A stretch of 64,000 nucleotides of DNA, taken from Armatimonadota bacterium. GTDB taxonomy: Bacteria > Armatimonadota > Armatimonadia > Armatimonadales > Armatimonadaceae. Location: assembly GCA_043754515.1 (NCBI GenBank), contig JAYUUO010000150.1:40904-104903 (forward strand). The letters are read 5' to 3'. Under the pieces are notes generated by a model that worked only from the letters and a program-made list of their open reading frames with translations, was not told where the DNA came from and did not search any database. This document shows positions 1-8,806 of the stretch, in pieces (the stretch's first letter is position 1; every line of letters begins with the position of its first letter). The position numbers were made by a program, and so were the translations under genes.

Positions 1-1162
1 GGTTCCCGGCACCGACGTTTACGCGATTGACGGCACCGTGGCCCAACTACCGGGGGGCGGCCTGTACTTCTTCTGGTCGGGACGCGCTCAGGACGCGCCG
101 GGAACGCAGAATATCTATGTCGCGCCGATGAAGAACCCGTGGACGCTTTCCGGGAACCGCGTCCTGCTGTCCGAGCCGACGTTCGACTGGGAGCGGCGCG
201 GCTGGCCCGTGAACGAAGGGCCGGAAGTCCTCACGCGCGGCGGGAAGACGTTCATGATCTACTCCGCGAGCGGCGGCACGACGCCGGACTACTGTCTGGG
301 GATGTTGACCAACACGGACGGGAACCTGCTCCGCCCCGAGTCCTGGAGCAAGTCCACCGTGCCGGTTTTCCGCAAGTATAGCGGCCGCGACGGCGTGGTC
401 TACACGCCGGGCCATAACGGCTTCTGTCTGTCGCCGGACCGTACACAGAACTGGATCGTGTACCACGGCAAAGAGGGGATTGACAACACCTGGCGTGGGA
501 GGACGGCGCGTGCGCAACAGTTCGTCTGGAACAGCGAGGGCGTGCCGTACTTCGGACACCCGGTTCCCGCCGGGGTGCCGCTCGCGGTTCCTTCGGACGA
601 CGGCGCGGGTGGGCGCGCACCCCGCGCTATTCAGGGGACGGGCTTGACCGGCGAGTATTTCGCGGGGGGCGCGCCGGGGGAAGGGATGCCGCGGAGAACG
701 CGCCTGGACCCGGTTATCGGGTTCCAGTGGGGCGGGGCGACTGACGCGGCGACGCCTGGTACGTCGGTGCGCTGGCACGGCGCGGTGGTGCCCCGATTCG
801 ATGACACCTATACGTTGCAGACTTACTCGGAGGGTGGCGTCCGCGTGTGGGTAAACGGCAAGATGCTGATTGATGACTGGGACGAGCATCCATTGACTGC
901 CGACGAGGGAACGGTGTCGCTGGCCGCGAACAAGCCGCATGACCTGCGTGTGGAGTACCGCGCCGGGAAGAACGCTTCCAATATCATGCTCGCGTGGTCC
1001 AGTCCGCGCCAGCCCTTCGAGATCATCCCGGCGCGGGCACTGTTCCCCGCAACGCGGACAGCGGGGCGCGGCGTACCCGGCGGCGTAACGGTGGTCTCGC
1101 GCTCACGCTGGGTCCGCGGCGCGGGCCGGCGCGTGGTAAACGTAAAGGCGGCCGATAAGTGA
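1..1162 (+). CDS. Glycoside hydrolase family 43 protein with C-terminal PA14 domain (5'-truncated by window edge)
   Basis: GH43 motifs VNEGPEVL, YSASG, PGHNGF, WIVYH; followed by GTGLTGEYF...SVRWHG...GVRVWVNGKMLIDDW (PA14-like). Confidence 0.85.
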   Translation, partial: VPGTDVYAIDGTVAQLPGGGLYFFWSGRAQDAPGTQNIYVAPMKNPWTLSGNRVLLSEPTFDWERRGWPVNEGPEVLTRGGKTFMIYSASGGTTPDYCLGMLTNTDGNLLRPESWSKSTVPVFRKYSGRDGVVYTPGHNGFCLSPDRTQNWIVYHGKEGIDNTWRGRTARAQQFVWNSEGVPYFGHPVPAGVPLAVPSDDGAGGRAPRAIQGTGLTGEYFAGGAPGEGMPRRTRLDPVIGFQWGGATDAATPGTSVRWHGAVVPRFDDTYTLQTYSEGGVRVWVNGKMLIDDWDEHPLTADEGTVSLAANKPHDLRVEYRAGKNASNIMLAWSSPRQPFEIIPARALFPATRTAGRGVPGGVTVVSRSRWVRGAGRRVVNVKAADK

Positions 1163-2148
1163 CGTTAAGTTATACGAACCCCGTTTGGGACGGGTACATG
1201 GCGGACCCATTCGTGCTAACAACGCGGGGCGGGTACTATGCGTACGGCACAGGCGATGTGTCCCGCGATGGCCGCCGGTTCCCGGTGCTCTTTTCGCGCG
1301 ATCTGGCGAACTGGGAGTCGGTCGGCGGCGCGCTGGAGCCGTCGGTGCACCTGCCTGATGACGCGGATTATTGGGCACCCGCCGCCGCCGAGCGCGATGG
1401 GCAGTTTTTGCTTTACTACTCGGCGGCACCGGCGGGAGAATTTATACGGCAGCGGTTGCGGGTCGCGACCGCGTCGCGGCCCGACGGCCCGTTCCGTGAT
1501 CTGGGCTATGAGATGCTACCGGAGGATGGGTTTTCGATAGACGCGCACCCGTTCACCGACCCGCGCGACGGCGGCCATTACCTTTTCTTCGCCCGTGATT
1601 ACCTTGATGGGGAACGGCCTGGCACGGGCCTCGCCGTCGCGCGTCTCGCGGACGACTTGATGACCGTTATCGGCGATTCGCGTCCGATCCTGCGCCCGTA
1701 CGCCGACTGGCAGATATTCGAGCGGGAGCGGGACCTGTATGGACACCGATGGGCGGCGTGGCACACGCTGGAAGGGCCTTGCGTGATCGAGCGCGGCGGG
1801 CTTTATTACTGCTTCTTTTCGGGCGGCTGTTGGGAGGGCGCGGGGTACCGTGTCTCCTACGCCGTGTCGGAGCATCCCCTCGGCCCCTGGATTCCGGCAC
1901 CGACATCCGGTAGTGAGACCGATCGGGGCACGCTACTGCGAACCGAGCCGGAGGGGGTGCTTATCGGCCCCGGCCATAACACGGTGGCGACCGCGCCCGA
2001 CGGCGAGACCCAGTTCATCGTATACCACGCCTGGGATAGCGACCGAACTGCCCGCCGGATGTGTCTTGACGTACTCCATTGGGAGAACGGTGTGCCGCGT
2101 TGCAACGGGCCGACGCATGAACCGCGACGAGTGCCACTCCGCGACTGA
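1159..2148 (+). CDS. Glycoside hydrolase family 43 protein
   Basis: YTNPV...ADPFV, YWAP, SIDAHPF, LEGP, GPGHN; GTGA overlap with upstream gene. Confidence 0.9.
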   Translation: MTLSYTNPVWDGYMADPFVLTTRGGYYAYGTGDVSRDGRRFPVLFSRDLANWESVGGALEPSVHLPDDADYWAPAAAERDGQFLLYYSAAPAGEFIRQRLRVATASRPDGPFRDLGYEMLPEDGFSIDAHPFTDPRDGGHYLFFARDYLDGERPGTGLAVARLADDLMTVIGDSRPILRPYADWQIFERERDLYGHRWAAWHTLEGPCVIERGGLYYCFFSGGCWEGAGYRVSYAVSEHPLGPWIPAPTSGSETDRGTLLRTEPEGVLIGPGHNTVATAPDGETQFIVYHAWDSDRTARRMCLDVLHWENGVPRCNGPTHEPRRVPLRD

Positions 2149-2220
2149 CCTGGTGCCAGGTGTTACCACGGGCGAACTGCGGTTTGGCGCGTACGCCATG
2201 GGCGCGGTATTGTGAGAGCC

Positions 2221-3024
2221 ATGACGGAAACTGTAAGCGGTATCAAGCATCCGGCGTTCCGGGACGCCCTCGCGCTGACCCGGCAGGGCGGGCGCGAGGC
2301 GACCGGGCGATATTTAGTCGAGGACGCGGATCAGGTCGCGCAGGCACTGCGTTCGTCCTGTGATGTTCACGCCGTGTTCTGCGCCCCGGAGTCGGTCGGT
2401 GCGCTTACGCCGCTCTGTGAGGCCCGAGGGGTGCCGATATACGCGTTGGGCGGGGGGCTCATCACCAAACTGCTCGGCACCGCCTATGCGACGGCGACAA
2501 CGGCGGTCGCCGCCGTGTCCAAGCGCGTAATGACGCTTGAGGCGGTGCTGGAAGCCCGCCCCGACGCCCTGCTCCTCGTCGCGGAGCGGATCCAGGACCC
2601 GCGCAACGTCGGCGTGCTGGTACGCACGGCGGAAGCGGCGGGTTGCGCCGCGCTGGTGCTGTCGTCCGATTCGGCGGAGCCGTGGTCGCGGCAGGCGGTG
2701 CGCTCCACGACCGGCTCGATACTGCGTCTCCCGCTGGTGATCGCGGACAAACTGTCGGCGACGCTTTCGTCATACCGGCACGGCGGGTTACGTATCATCG
2801 CCACATCCGCGAAGGCCCCCGATCTCGCCTACGCCGCCGACTTGTCCGTCCGCCCGCTCGCGCTCGCGGTCGGCAATGAAAGCGACGGCATCAGCGATGC
2901 GCTCCGCGCGGTCGCGTCGGACTTCGTCCGGCTCCCGATGGCACCCGGCGGCGCGTCATCGCTCAATGTCACGGTCGCGGCGGGCGTGCTGGTGTACGAG
3001 GCGGTGCGGCAGGGAATGCATTAG
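2221..3024 (+). CDS. TrmH/SpoU-family RNA 2'-O-methyltransferase
   Basis: IQDPRNVGVLVRTA, VGNESDG, SLNVTVAAG SPOUT motifs; ATG 2221 chosen as start. Confidence 0.9.
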   Translation: MTETVSGIKHPAFRDALALTRQGGREATGRYLVEDADQVAQALRSSCDVHAVFCAPESVGALTPLCEARGVPIYALGGGLITKLLGTAYATATTAVAAVSKRVMTLEAVLEARPDALLLVAERIQDPRNVGVLVRTAEAAGCAALVLSSDSAEPWSRQAVRSTTGSILRLPLVIADKLSATLSSYRHGGLRIIATSAKAPDLAYAADLSVRPLALAVGNESDGISDALRAVASDFVRLPMAPGGASSLNVTVAAGVLVYEAVRQGMH

Positions 3025-3042
3025 ACGATGTCCCACAACCGA

Positions 3043-3624
3043 TCACGCTTTGCCCGTGGAACCGGGACGATGGACGGGAATCGCCGCCAGCCACTCCGGC
3101 ACCACGTCAGGCGCGAAGGACTCCACCTGTAGCGAAAGCAGGGCGACGACGGGCACGTCCCCAAAAGTCACCGCGCCGCCCGAGCGATCCACGAGTAAGC
3201 CTACCGCGCACAGTATCGCGCCTCGCCTCTTGACTAGCTCGATGCACTCGCGCACCGAACCGCCTGTGGTTAACACGTCGTCTACCACCGCGACCCGCGC
3301 CCCCGGCGCGATATGCTCCGGGCGGCGCAGGAACCGATTGCCGTCCGCGCCCTTCTCGCCGTACGCGGCGGGAACGCCGAGATGCTTCGCCGTCTCGTAA
3401 GCCAATAAAACCCCGAGGGTGGTAGGGCCGAGCACCACGTCGGGGCGGAAGGGCGCGAGACGGGCGGCGAGTTCGCGGCACAGCGTTTCCACATGACGCG
3501 GCTGATTGAGCACATGAAACTTCTCGAAGTAGCGGGAAGAGTGGTTGCCGCTGGTGAGGACGAAGTGCCCGGTGAGCAAAGCCCCGGACTGCTCGAAAAT
3601 CTGGAGGACGTCGGTATCGGTCAT
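3043..3624 (-). CDS. pyrE: Orotate phosphoribosyltransferase
   Basis: GHFVLTSGNHS and PRPP motif VVDDVLTTGGS; start 3624 chosen from the -10 box 7 nt upstream (3657 is an alternative). Confidence 0.93.
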   Translation of the reverse strand: MTDTDVLQIFEQSGALLTGHFVLTSGNHSSRYFEKFHVLNQPRHVETLCRELAARLAPFRPDVVLGPTTLGVLLAYETAKHLGVPAAYGEKGADGNRFLRRPEHIAPGARVAVVDDVLTTGGSVRECIELVKRRGAILCAVGLLVDRSGGAVTFGDVPVVALLSLQVESFAPDVVPEWLAAIPVHRPGSTGKA

Positions 3625-3732
3625 GCCCTGCGTTATACCACCGCCCTCCGTGTTCATGCCTGTTCCTTCTTCCGCCGAAGCGGTCACACGCAATCGCGCC
3701 CACGTCCTCAAAACGAAAGAGCGGCGAGGCGG

Positions 3733-4179
3733 TCATTGTGTGAAAGAGATGATCGCCTTCGGCGCGTGATACTTCGCGGGCCAATCCTCGTACTCCACGT
3801 CAGTCACCCACGCGGCTTTGTCTACTAGTTTCCACTTCCCATGTATCTTGTGAAACAGGGCGGTTATCGAGTTCGAGTTGCCCTCGGGGTTGAGACCCGC
3901 CTTCGCGAAGTCGAGTGGCTTTCCGCCTGGTTGTAGCGCGACGACGTCCACGAACGCCCAATCCTTTATAATGTTGAACCCGGTGACCTTGAAAATCACT
4001 TTCTGGTGCGCCTCCTTCTCGACGCCGGGTCGCAACAGATTGAGAATGGTCTTCCGCAAAGGATCGCCGACCTTCGCAGTGATCGGGCCATCCTGCGCCG
4101 CCGCGCCGCGACACAACAGGAGCAAGACGCAGACAGTCGGCACTGTTACGGCGGTTCCCCGAATCGAGTAGTTGTTCAT
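3733..4179 (-). CDS. Secreted hypothetical protein
   Basis: Signal peptide ending AAA-Q; globular remainder (GDPLRKTIL...VIFKV...WAFV). Confidence 0.7.
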   Translation of the reverse strand: MNNYSIRGTAVTVPTVCVLLLLCRGAAAQDGPITAKVGDPLRKTILNLLRPGVEKEAHQKVIFKVTGFNIIKDWAFVDVVALQPGGKPLDFAKAGLNPEGNSNSITALFHKIHGKWKLVDKAAWVTDVEYEDWPAKYHAPKAIISFTQ

Positions 4180-4236
4180 GGCTCACTGTACCCTATAGCG
4201 TGGGGCGTCACTCTCAAAAACGTCAACTGTGCCCTG

Positions 4237-4872
4237 TCACCGGTCGGCGTTATTCCGCAGCGGCTGGACATTTCGCTCCTCGGGCGGGATCGCAGTCCAC
4301 CACCGGGTAGCGGGCAGGACGGACGCGCCGTTCACAAAGGCGGGGACGGGAACCGGAACAGCCGCGAACCGCGCCCGCGCCGCTTCGAGGAGCGACAGCG
4401 CCTCCGCGACAGGAATCCCGATGTCATTCTGCCCCACGATACAGGGAGTGCCGTGAACCGGGACGCTCCCCGCTAGCAAGGCGCGTTTGGCTTTCGGGAG
4501 GCGGTCCAAATAGGCGAGCGGGTCATGGAGATGAATCAGCAACGCTGGTTGACCGCTCACAGTCGCCTCCGCGAAGCCAGAAATCTCATGCCAGTGGACG
4601 AGGCCACCATGCGCGGTCCCGGTGGCATCCGTTATTCCTTCCGCGTCCCCGAGTAGCGCGGGCACCGTCCAGGTCGCTACCCAGTTAGAAAGGCTGAACA
4701 GGAAAACTAACAGGCAAGGAATTGCTAATATAAGGTAGGGGGGAGAAGCCCAACTGCTAACGAAAAGGAAAAAGATCACCGCCAGTTGAAGAGCGGCATT
4801 GAACAGTACGCTACCGATGTTAGCGGGGATGCGAACTACTCCTCCTTCGTCCATGGGGGTGTCACCTGTCAT
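4237..4872 (-). CDS. Membrane protein, STM3941-like (2 TM + soluble domain); paralog of 4914-5537
   Basis: Two hydrophobic segments, then PALL..EGITDATG...W.EI. Confidence 0.65.
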   Translation of the reverse strand: MTGDTPMDEGGVVRIPANIGSVLFNAALQLAVIFFLFVSSWASPPYLILAIPCLLVFLFSLSNWVATWTVPALLGDAEGITDATGTAHGGLVHWHEISGFAEATVSGQPALLIHLHDPLAYLDRLPKAKRALLAGSVPVHGTPCIVGQNDIGIPVAEALSLLEAARARFAAVPVPVPAFVNGASVLPATRWWTAIPPEERNVQPLRNNADR

Positions 4873-4913
4873 AATGGAAATATTGTACCACCGGCACCGT
4901 TAAAAACCGTCGG

Positions 4914-5537
4914 CTACCGGTCGCGTCGAACCGCGACCACGGCGCGTTCTTCGGGCGGAACCGCCGTCCACCAGTGGCGGGTCGTACCCGCGTCAGGTGA
5001 CACGCACCCCGCCTCCCGCGACGCACGCCATGTCGCCTCGACGAGTGCTCGTACCTCGTTCAACGGGATGGCCAGCTCCTCCTCCGACACCAGGAACGGC
5101 GACCCGAACATGGTGACGTTCGCGGACAGGAGCGACCGCTTCCAGAGGGGCAGTCGGGCGAGGTACGCCGCGTCGTCGGTCAGTTCGATGGCGAGTGATG
5201 TGTGTCCGCGTATCCGTACCTGCGACACCGACCATATCTCGCTCCAGCGCGCCATGCCGCCCGTGACGATGCCGGTCGCGTCCGTGATTCCCTCGTCCGT
5301 CAGCAGAAGGGCAGGGGTGGTGTTAGCGCGGCACCACTTGGCTAGATCCATCGCGCCCGCGACGATGCCATAAGAACCCAGTGCCCCGATGAAGAGAGCC
5401 GCTACCAAAATCGCCCCGCCAGGCTTCCCGCTCGCGAGCAACAGCCCCACGTCGGCAAGCGAAATCGCCCCGAGGAGGAGCATGGAGATACCGGCTCGGT
5501 ACAGGGCGGAGTTGGCGGGGATCAGGATAGGTTTCAC
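4914..5537 (-). CDS. Membrane protein, STM3941-like; paralog of 4237-4872
   Basis: Shares EGITDATG, AYL.RLP..KR.LL and WWTA.PPEER with the neighbour. Confidence 0.65.
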   Translation of the reverse strand: MKPILIPANSALYRAGISMLLLGAISLADVGLLLASGKPGGAILVAALFIGALGSYGIVAGAMDLAKWCRANTTPALLLTDEGITDATGIVTGGMARWSEIWSVSQVRIRGHTSLAIELTDDAAYLARLPLWKRSLLSANVTMFGSPFLVSEEELAIPLNEVRALVEATWRASREAGCVSPDAGTTRHWWTAVPPEERAVVAVRRDR

Positions 5538-5668
5538 AAGTGGCCTCTCATGTCAACGCTCGCGCGGCGCGGGCGTTTGTACGATTATACAACGTGCCGA
5601 CCGGCTAAAAGTCACCGACGATGGATAGTTTTCCGCGGTGCCGAAGCCGCATGGGGTGACAGATAGGG

Positions 5669-5677
5669 TGCTATAAT
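5669..5677 (+). promoter_or_regulatory. Extended -10 promoter element (TGcTATAAT), leaderless kdsD
   Basis: Consensus TGnTATAAT ending 6 nt before the GTG start; no SD. Confidence 0.7.
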
Positions 5678-5683
5678 CAGAGC

Positions 5684-6715
5684 GTGATTCATGCCCCCGA
5701 AAAAAACCGCGTGGCCGATGACGTACTGCTCGCCGTCGGCAGACGCACCCTGACCGAGGCCGCCGACGCGCTCCACCAGATAAGTGGCCGCCTCGGCGCG
5801 GACTTCGCCCGCGCCGCCCGACTTATGCTCGCCTGCGACGGGCGCGTTGTCGTCACCGGAATGGGCAAGTCCGGGCTGATCGGGCGCAAGATCGCGGCGA
5901 CGCTTGCGTCAACGGGCACCCCCGCGCTCTTCTTGCACCCCGCCGAGGCGTTGCATGGCGACCTCGGCATGATCGCGCCGGGTCGGGATGTGGCCCTCGC
6001 GCTGTCCTATTCGGGCGAGACCGACGAACTGCGGGCGATATTGCCCGCCCTGAAACGCCGCGCCACCGCCCTGATAGCGGTCACCGGCAATGTGAGATCG
6101 TCGCTCGCCCGTGCCGCCGATGTCGCGCTCGATGCACGGGTGCCGAAAGAGGCATGCCCACATAACCTCGCGCCGACCACCTCGACTACCGCCATGCTCG
6201 CGCTCGGCGACGCGCTGGCCCTCGCGGTGATGGAGGCGCGGAACTTCTCCCAAAGTGACTACGCTCTTTTGCATCCCGCCGGGTCGCTGGGACGCCGCCT
6301 CCTCCTGCATGTCGGTGATGTGATGCGTACCGGCGATTCGCTCGCCGTGATTGGGGAGGAGGCCTTGCTCGCCGATGCCCTGTTCGCGATCACGAAGGCG
6401 GGTGCCGGTGCCGCCTGCGTGTCGGACGGGCGTGGCAAACTTTCTGGCATTCTGACCGACGGGGATATACGCCGCTTCCTGCTCCGCGTCGGTGACGGGG
6501 CGTTGAAGCGTTCCGTCGCCGACGCGATGAGTCGGAACCCACGCGTCACATCCCCGGACAGGCTCGCGGTCGAGGCTATGGATCAGTTCGAGAACGAATC
6601 GGTGCGTCCCGGCGATCTACCGGTCGTGTCGGAGGATGGTCGCCCGGTCGGGATGCTAATGCTCAAAGATCTGGTTCGCGCTGGGATTGTCCTGCCCGAC
6701 GGCGGTATGTCGTGA
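5684..6715 (+). CDS. kdsD: Arabinose-5-phosphate isomerase (KpsF/GutQ family, SIS + CBS)
   Basis: VTGMGKSG, FLHPAEALHGDLGMI, EACPHNLAPTTSTT, HPAGSLG, CBS pair. Confidence 0.93.
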   Translation: MIHAPEKNRVADDVLLAVGRRTLTEAADALHQISGRLGADFARAARLMLACDGRVVVTGMGKSGLIGRKIAATLASTGTPALFLHPAEALHGDLGMIAPGRDVALALSYSGETDELRAILPALKRRATALIAVTGNVRSSLARAADVALDARVPKEACPHNLAPTTSTTAMLALGDALALAVMEARNFSQSDYALLHPAGSLGRRLLLHVGDVMRTGDSLAVIGEEALLADALFAITKAGAGAACVSDGRGKLSGILTDGDIRRFLLRVGDGALKRSVADAMSRNPRVTSPDRLAVEAMDQFENESVRPGDLPVVSEDGRPVGMLMLKDLVRAGIVLPDGGMS

Positions 6716-7293
6716 CGCAGGCCATCGAAGCGGCGTCCCCGAGCGTGACCGAACGCCTCGCCCGTGTCCGGCTCCTCGCGCTCGACGTGGACGGCACACT
6801 GACCGACGGCGCGGTGACTTTCACCGACGACGGGCGCGAACTCAAAACCTTCCATATCCGCGATGGCCTGGGGATCGTGATGGCGTCGCTGGTCGGTCTG
6901 CAGACGGCGTGGATTACCGGACGGATGTCGCCCATCGTGGAGCGTCGCGCCCGCGAACTGGGGGTGTTGCATCTGCGGCAGGGGGTGCGCGATAAGGCCG
7001 GAGAACTGGCGCGGCTCGCGGCGCAACTCGGCGTCGCGCCGGACGCCGTGGCGTATATGGGCGATGACTGGAACGATCTGCCCGCATTCAGGGTCGCCGG
7101 GGTGTGTATTGCGCCCGCCGATGCCGATCCGCTCCTCCTCGCCGCTGCGCACTATGTCACCCTTCGGAACGGCGGGCGGGGGGCGGTGCGCGACGCGATC
7201 ACGGCAATCCTCGAAGCCCGGAACGAATATGCCATTGCGCAAACCCTTTACCTGGCGTCGCTCGCGGCTCCGGCGGCGGGGAGCGGCCAGTAA
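6712..7293 (+). CDS. kdsC: KDO 8-phosphate phosphatase (HAD)
   Basis: LDVDGTLTDG, RDGLGI, YMGDDWND, GGRGAVR; overlaps kdsD stop. Confidence 0.9.
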   Translation: MTQAIEAASPSVTERLARVRLLALDVDGTLTDGAVTFTDDGRELKTFHIRDGLGIVMASLVGLQTAWITGRMSPIVERRARELGVLHLRQGVRDKAGELARLAAQLGVAPDAVAYMGDDWNDLPAFRVAGVCIAPADADPLLLAAAHYVTLRNGGRGAVRDAITAILEARNEYAIAQTLYLASLAAPAAGSGQ

Positions 7294-7384
7294 AGTCGCG
7301 ACCCTGAGTGACGCCCATTCAAGCGCATCAGAATAGCCTGCCTTTTTTGCATCCCGCCCCCGCGCGGCGATACAGTTTACAATC

Positions 7385-8725
7385 ATGGAACGGATCATAC
7401 TCTCCTACCCGCCGACCGCCGTCCTGATGCTGGTCGGCCCGTCCGGCTCGGGCAAGTCCACGTTCGCCCGCACGCATTTCCTGCCGACCGAAGTCCTCGC
7501 CTCCGACGAGTGCCGCGCCCGCGTTGCCGACGACCCCGCCGCGCAACAGGTCACGGAAGACGCGTTCGCGCTCTTGCACTTCACGCTGGATTTGAGATTG
7601 AAGCACCTCCGGTTTACTGTGGTGGACTCGACCGCGCTCAAACCGTCCGCCCGCGCCCAGATCCGCGAAACCGCCGCGAAACGGCACGTCCCCGTCTACG
7701 CGCTGATTCTGGACGTGCCGCTCGACGAGTGCATCCGCCGCGACGAGAACCGCGCCGACCGCTCCGTGGGGGCGAAGGTGATCACGCGTCAGTATGCGAC
7801 GTTCGAGCAGGCGCGGCGTGAGCTTCCGAAGGACACGTCGCTCGCCGGGGTGGAAACACTGACGCCGGAGACGGTATATGGGGTTCAGATCACGCGCGGT
7901 GCGTCCGCCGTGTCGGGGAGCCGCTTTGACGTCATCGGCGACATCCACGGATGCTACGGCGAATTGTGTGACCTGCTTGCCGAGTTGCGGTATGAGTGGG
8001 GCGCGAAGGACGGCCTGCCGCGCCACCCGGATGGCCGCGTTCCTGTCTTCGTCGGCGACCTCGCCGATCGGGGGCCGGACTCGCCCGCCGTGCTCAAACT
8101 CGCCTGCCACCTCGTCGCGACCGGGCTTGCTCTGTTCGCGCCCGGCAACCACGACGACAAACTGTTCCGCTTCCTGAAAGGCGCCAATGTCACGCGTACG
8201 CACGGCCTAGATCTGACTATCGCGCAGTGGGACGCGCTCCCGCTCGCCGAGCGGGACGCGCTGACGACGGATATTCTGACCTACCTCGCGCCCGCGCCGA
8301 CGCACTTGGTGCTCGATAATGGACACTTGATCGTCGCGCACGCCGGGATCCGCGAAGAGTGGGTCGGCCAGCACCACGCGTCCGTGAAGTCGTTCACGCT
8401 CTACGGCGATGTGCGCGGGTTCGAGCCGGGCACGAACAAGCCCATTCGGCATGACTGGGCGGGGGAGTATGTCGGCGCGGCGTTCATCGCGTACGGGCAC
8501 ACGCCGCGTCCCGACCTCGACTGGCAGACAGACCCCGAAACGGGTCGGCGGTTCGTTGCCGTGCCGGTCGTCAACAACACGGTGAACCTGGACACCGGTT
8601 GCGTTTTCGGCGGGGCGTTGACTGCGCTTCGCTACCCGGAGCGCGACCTGTACTCGGTCCCGGCACGTGCGGCGTACGCGGAACACGAGAACCTGCCATA
8701 TTCGCGGGAGACAGCGGCGGGCTAG
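7385..8725 (+). CDS. Polynucleotide kinase-phosphatase-like protein (P-loop kinase + calcineurin-like metallophosphoesterase), no ligase domain
   Basis: GPSGSGKST; IGDIHGC, GDLADRG, GNHD, HAG, YGHTP, LDTGCVFGG.LTALRYPE. Confidence 0.88.
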   Translation: MERIILSYPPTAVLMLVGPSGSGKSTFARTHFLPTEVLASDECRARVADDPAAQQVTEDAFALLHFTLDLRLKHLRFTVVDSTALKPSARAQIRETAAKRHVPVYALILDVPLDECIRRDENRADRSVGAKVITRQYATFEQARRELPKDTSLAGVETLTPETVYGVQITRGASAVSGSRFDVIGDIHGCYGELCDLLAELRYEWGAKDGLPRHPDGRVPVFVGDLADRGPDSPAVLKLACHLVATGLALFAPGNHDDKLFRFLKGANVTRTHGLDLTIAQWDALPLAERDALTTDILTYLAPAPTHLVLDNGHLIVAHAGIREEWVGQHHASVKSFTLYGDVRGFEPGTNKPIRHDWAGEYVGAAFIAYGHTPRPDLDWQTDPETGRRFVAVPVVNNTVNLDTGCVFGGALTALRYPERDLYSVPARAAYAEHENLPYSRETAAG

Positions 8726-8750
8726 GCGCGCCTGCGAACAGGGCCTGACG

Positions 8751-8790
8751 AAAAACAAAGACGCCCCGCCGAACTCCGGCGGGGCGTCTT
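8751..8790. terminator. Intrinsic terminator between convergent genes (U-tract on - strand)
   Basis: Perfect 14-bp stem AAGACGCCCCGCCG/CGGCGGGGCGTCTT with adjacent A-rich run. Confidence 0.85.
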
Positions 8791-8806
8791 CCACAGGCAT
8801 CAGCCT

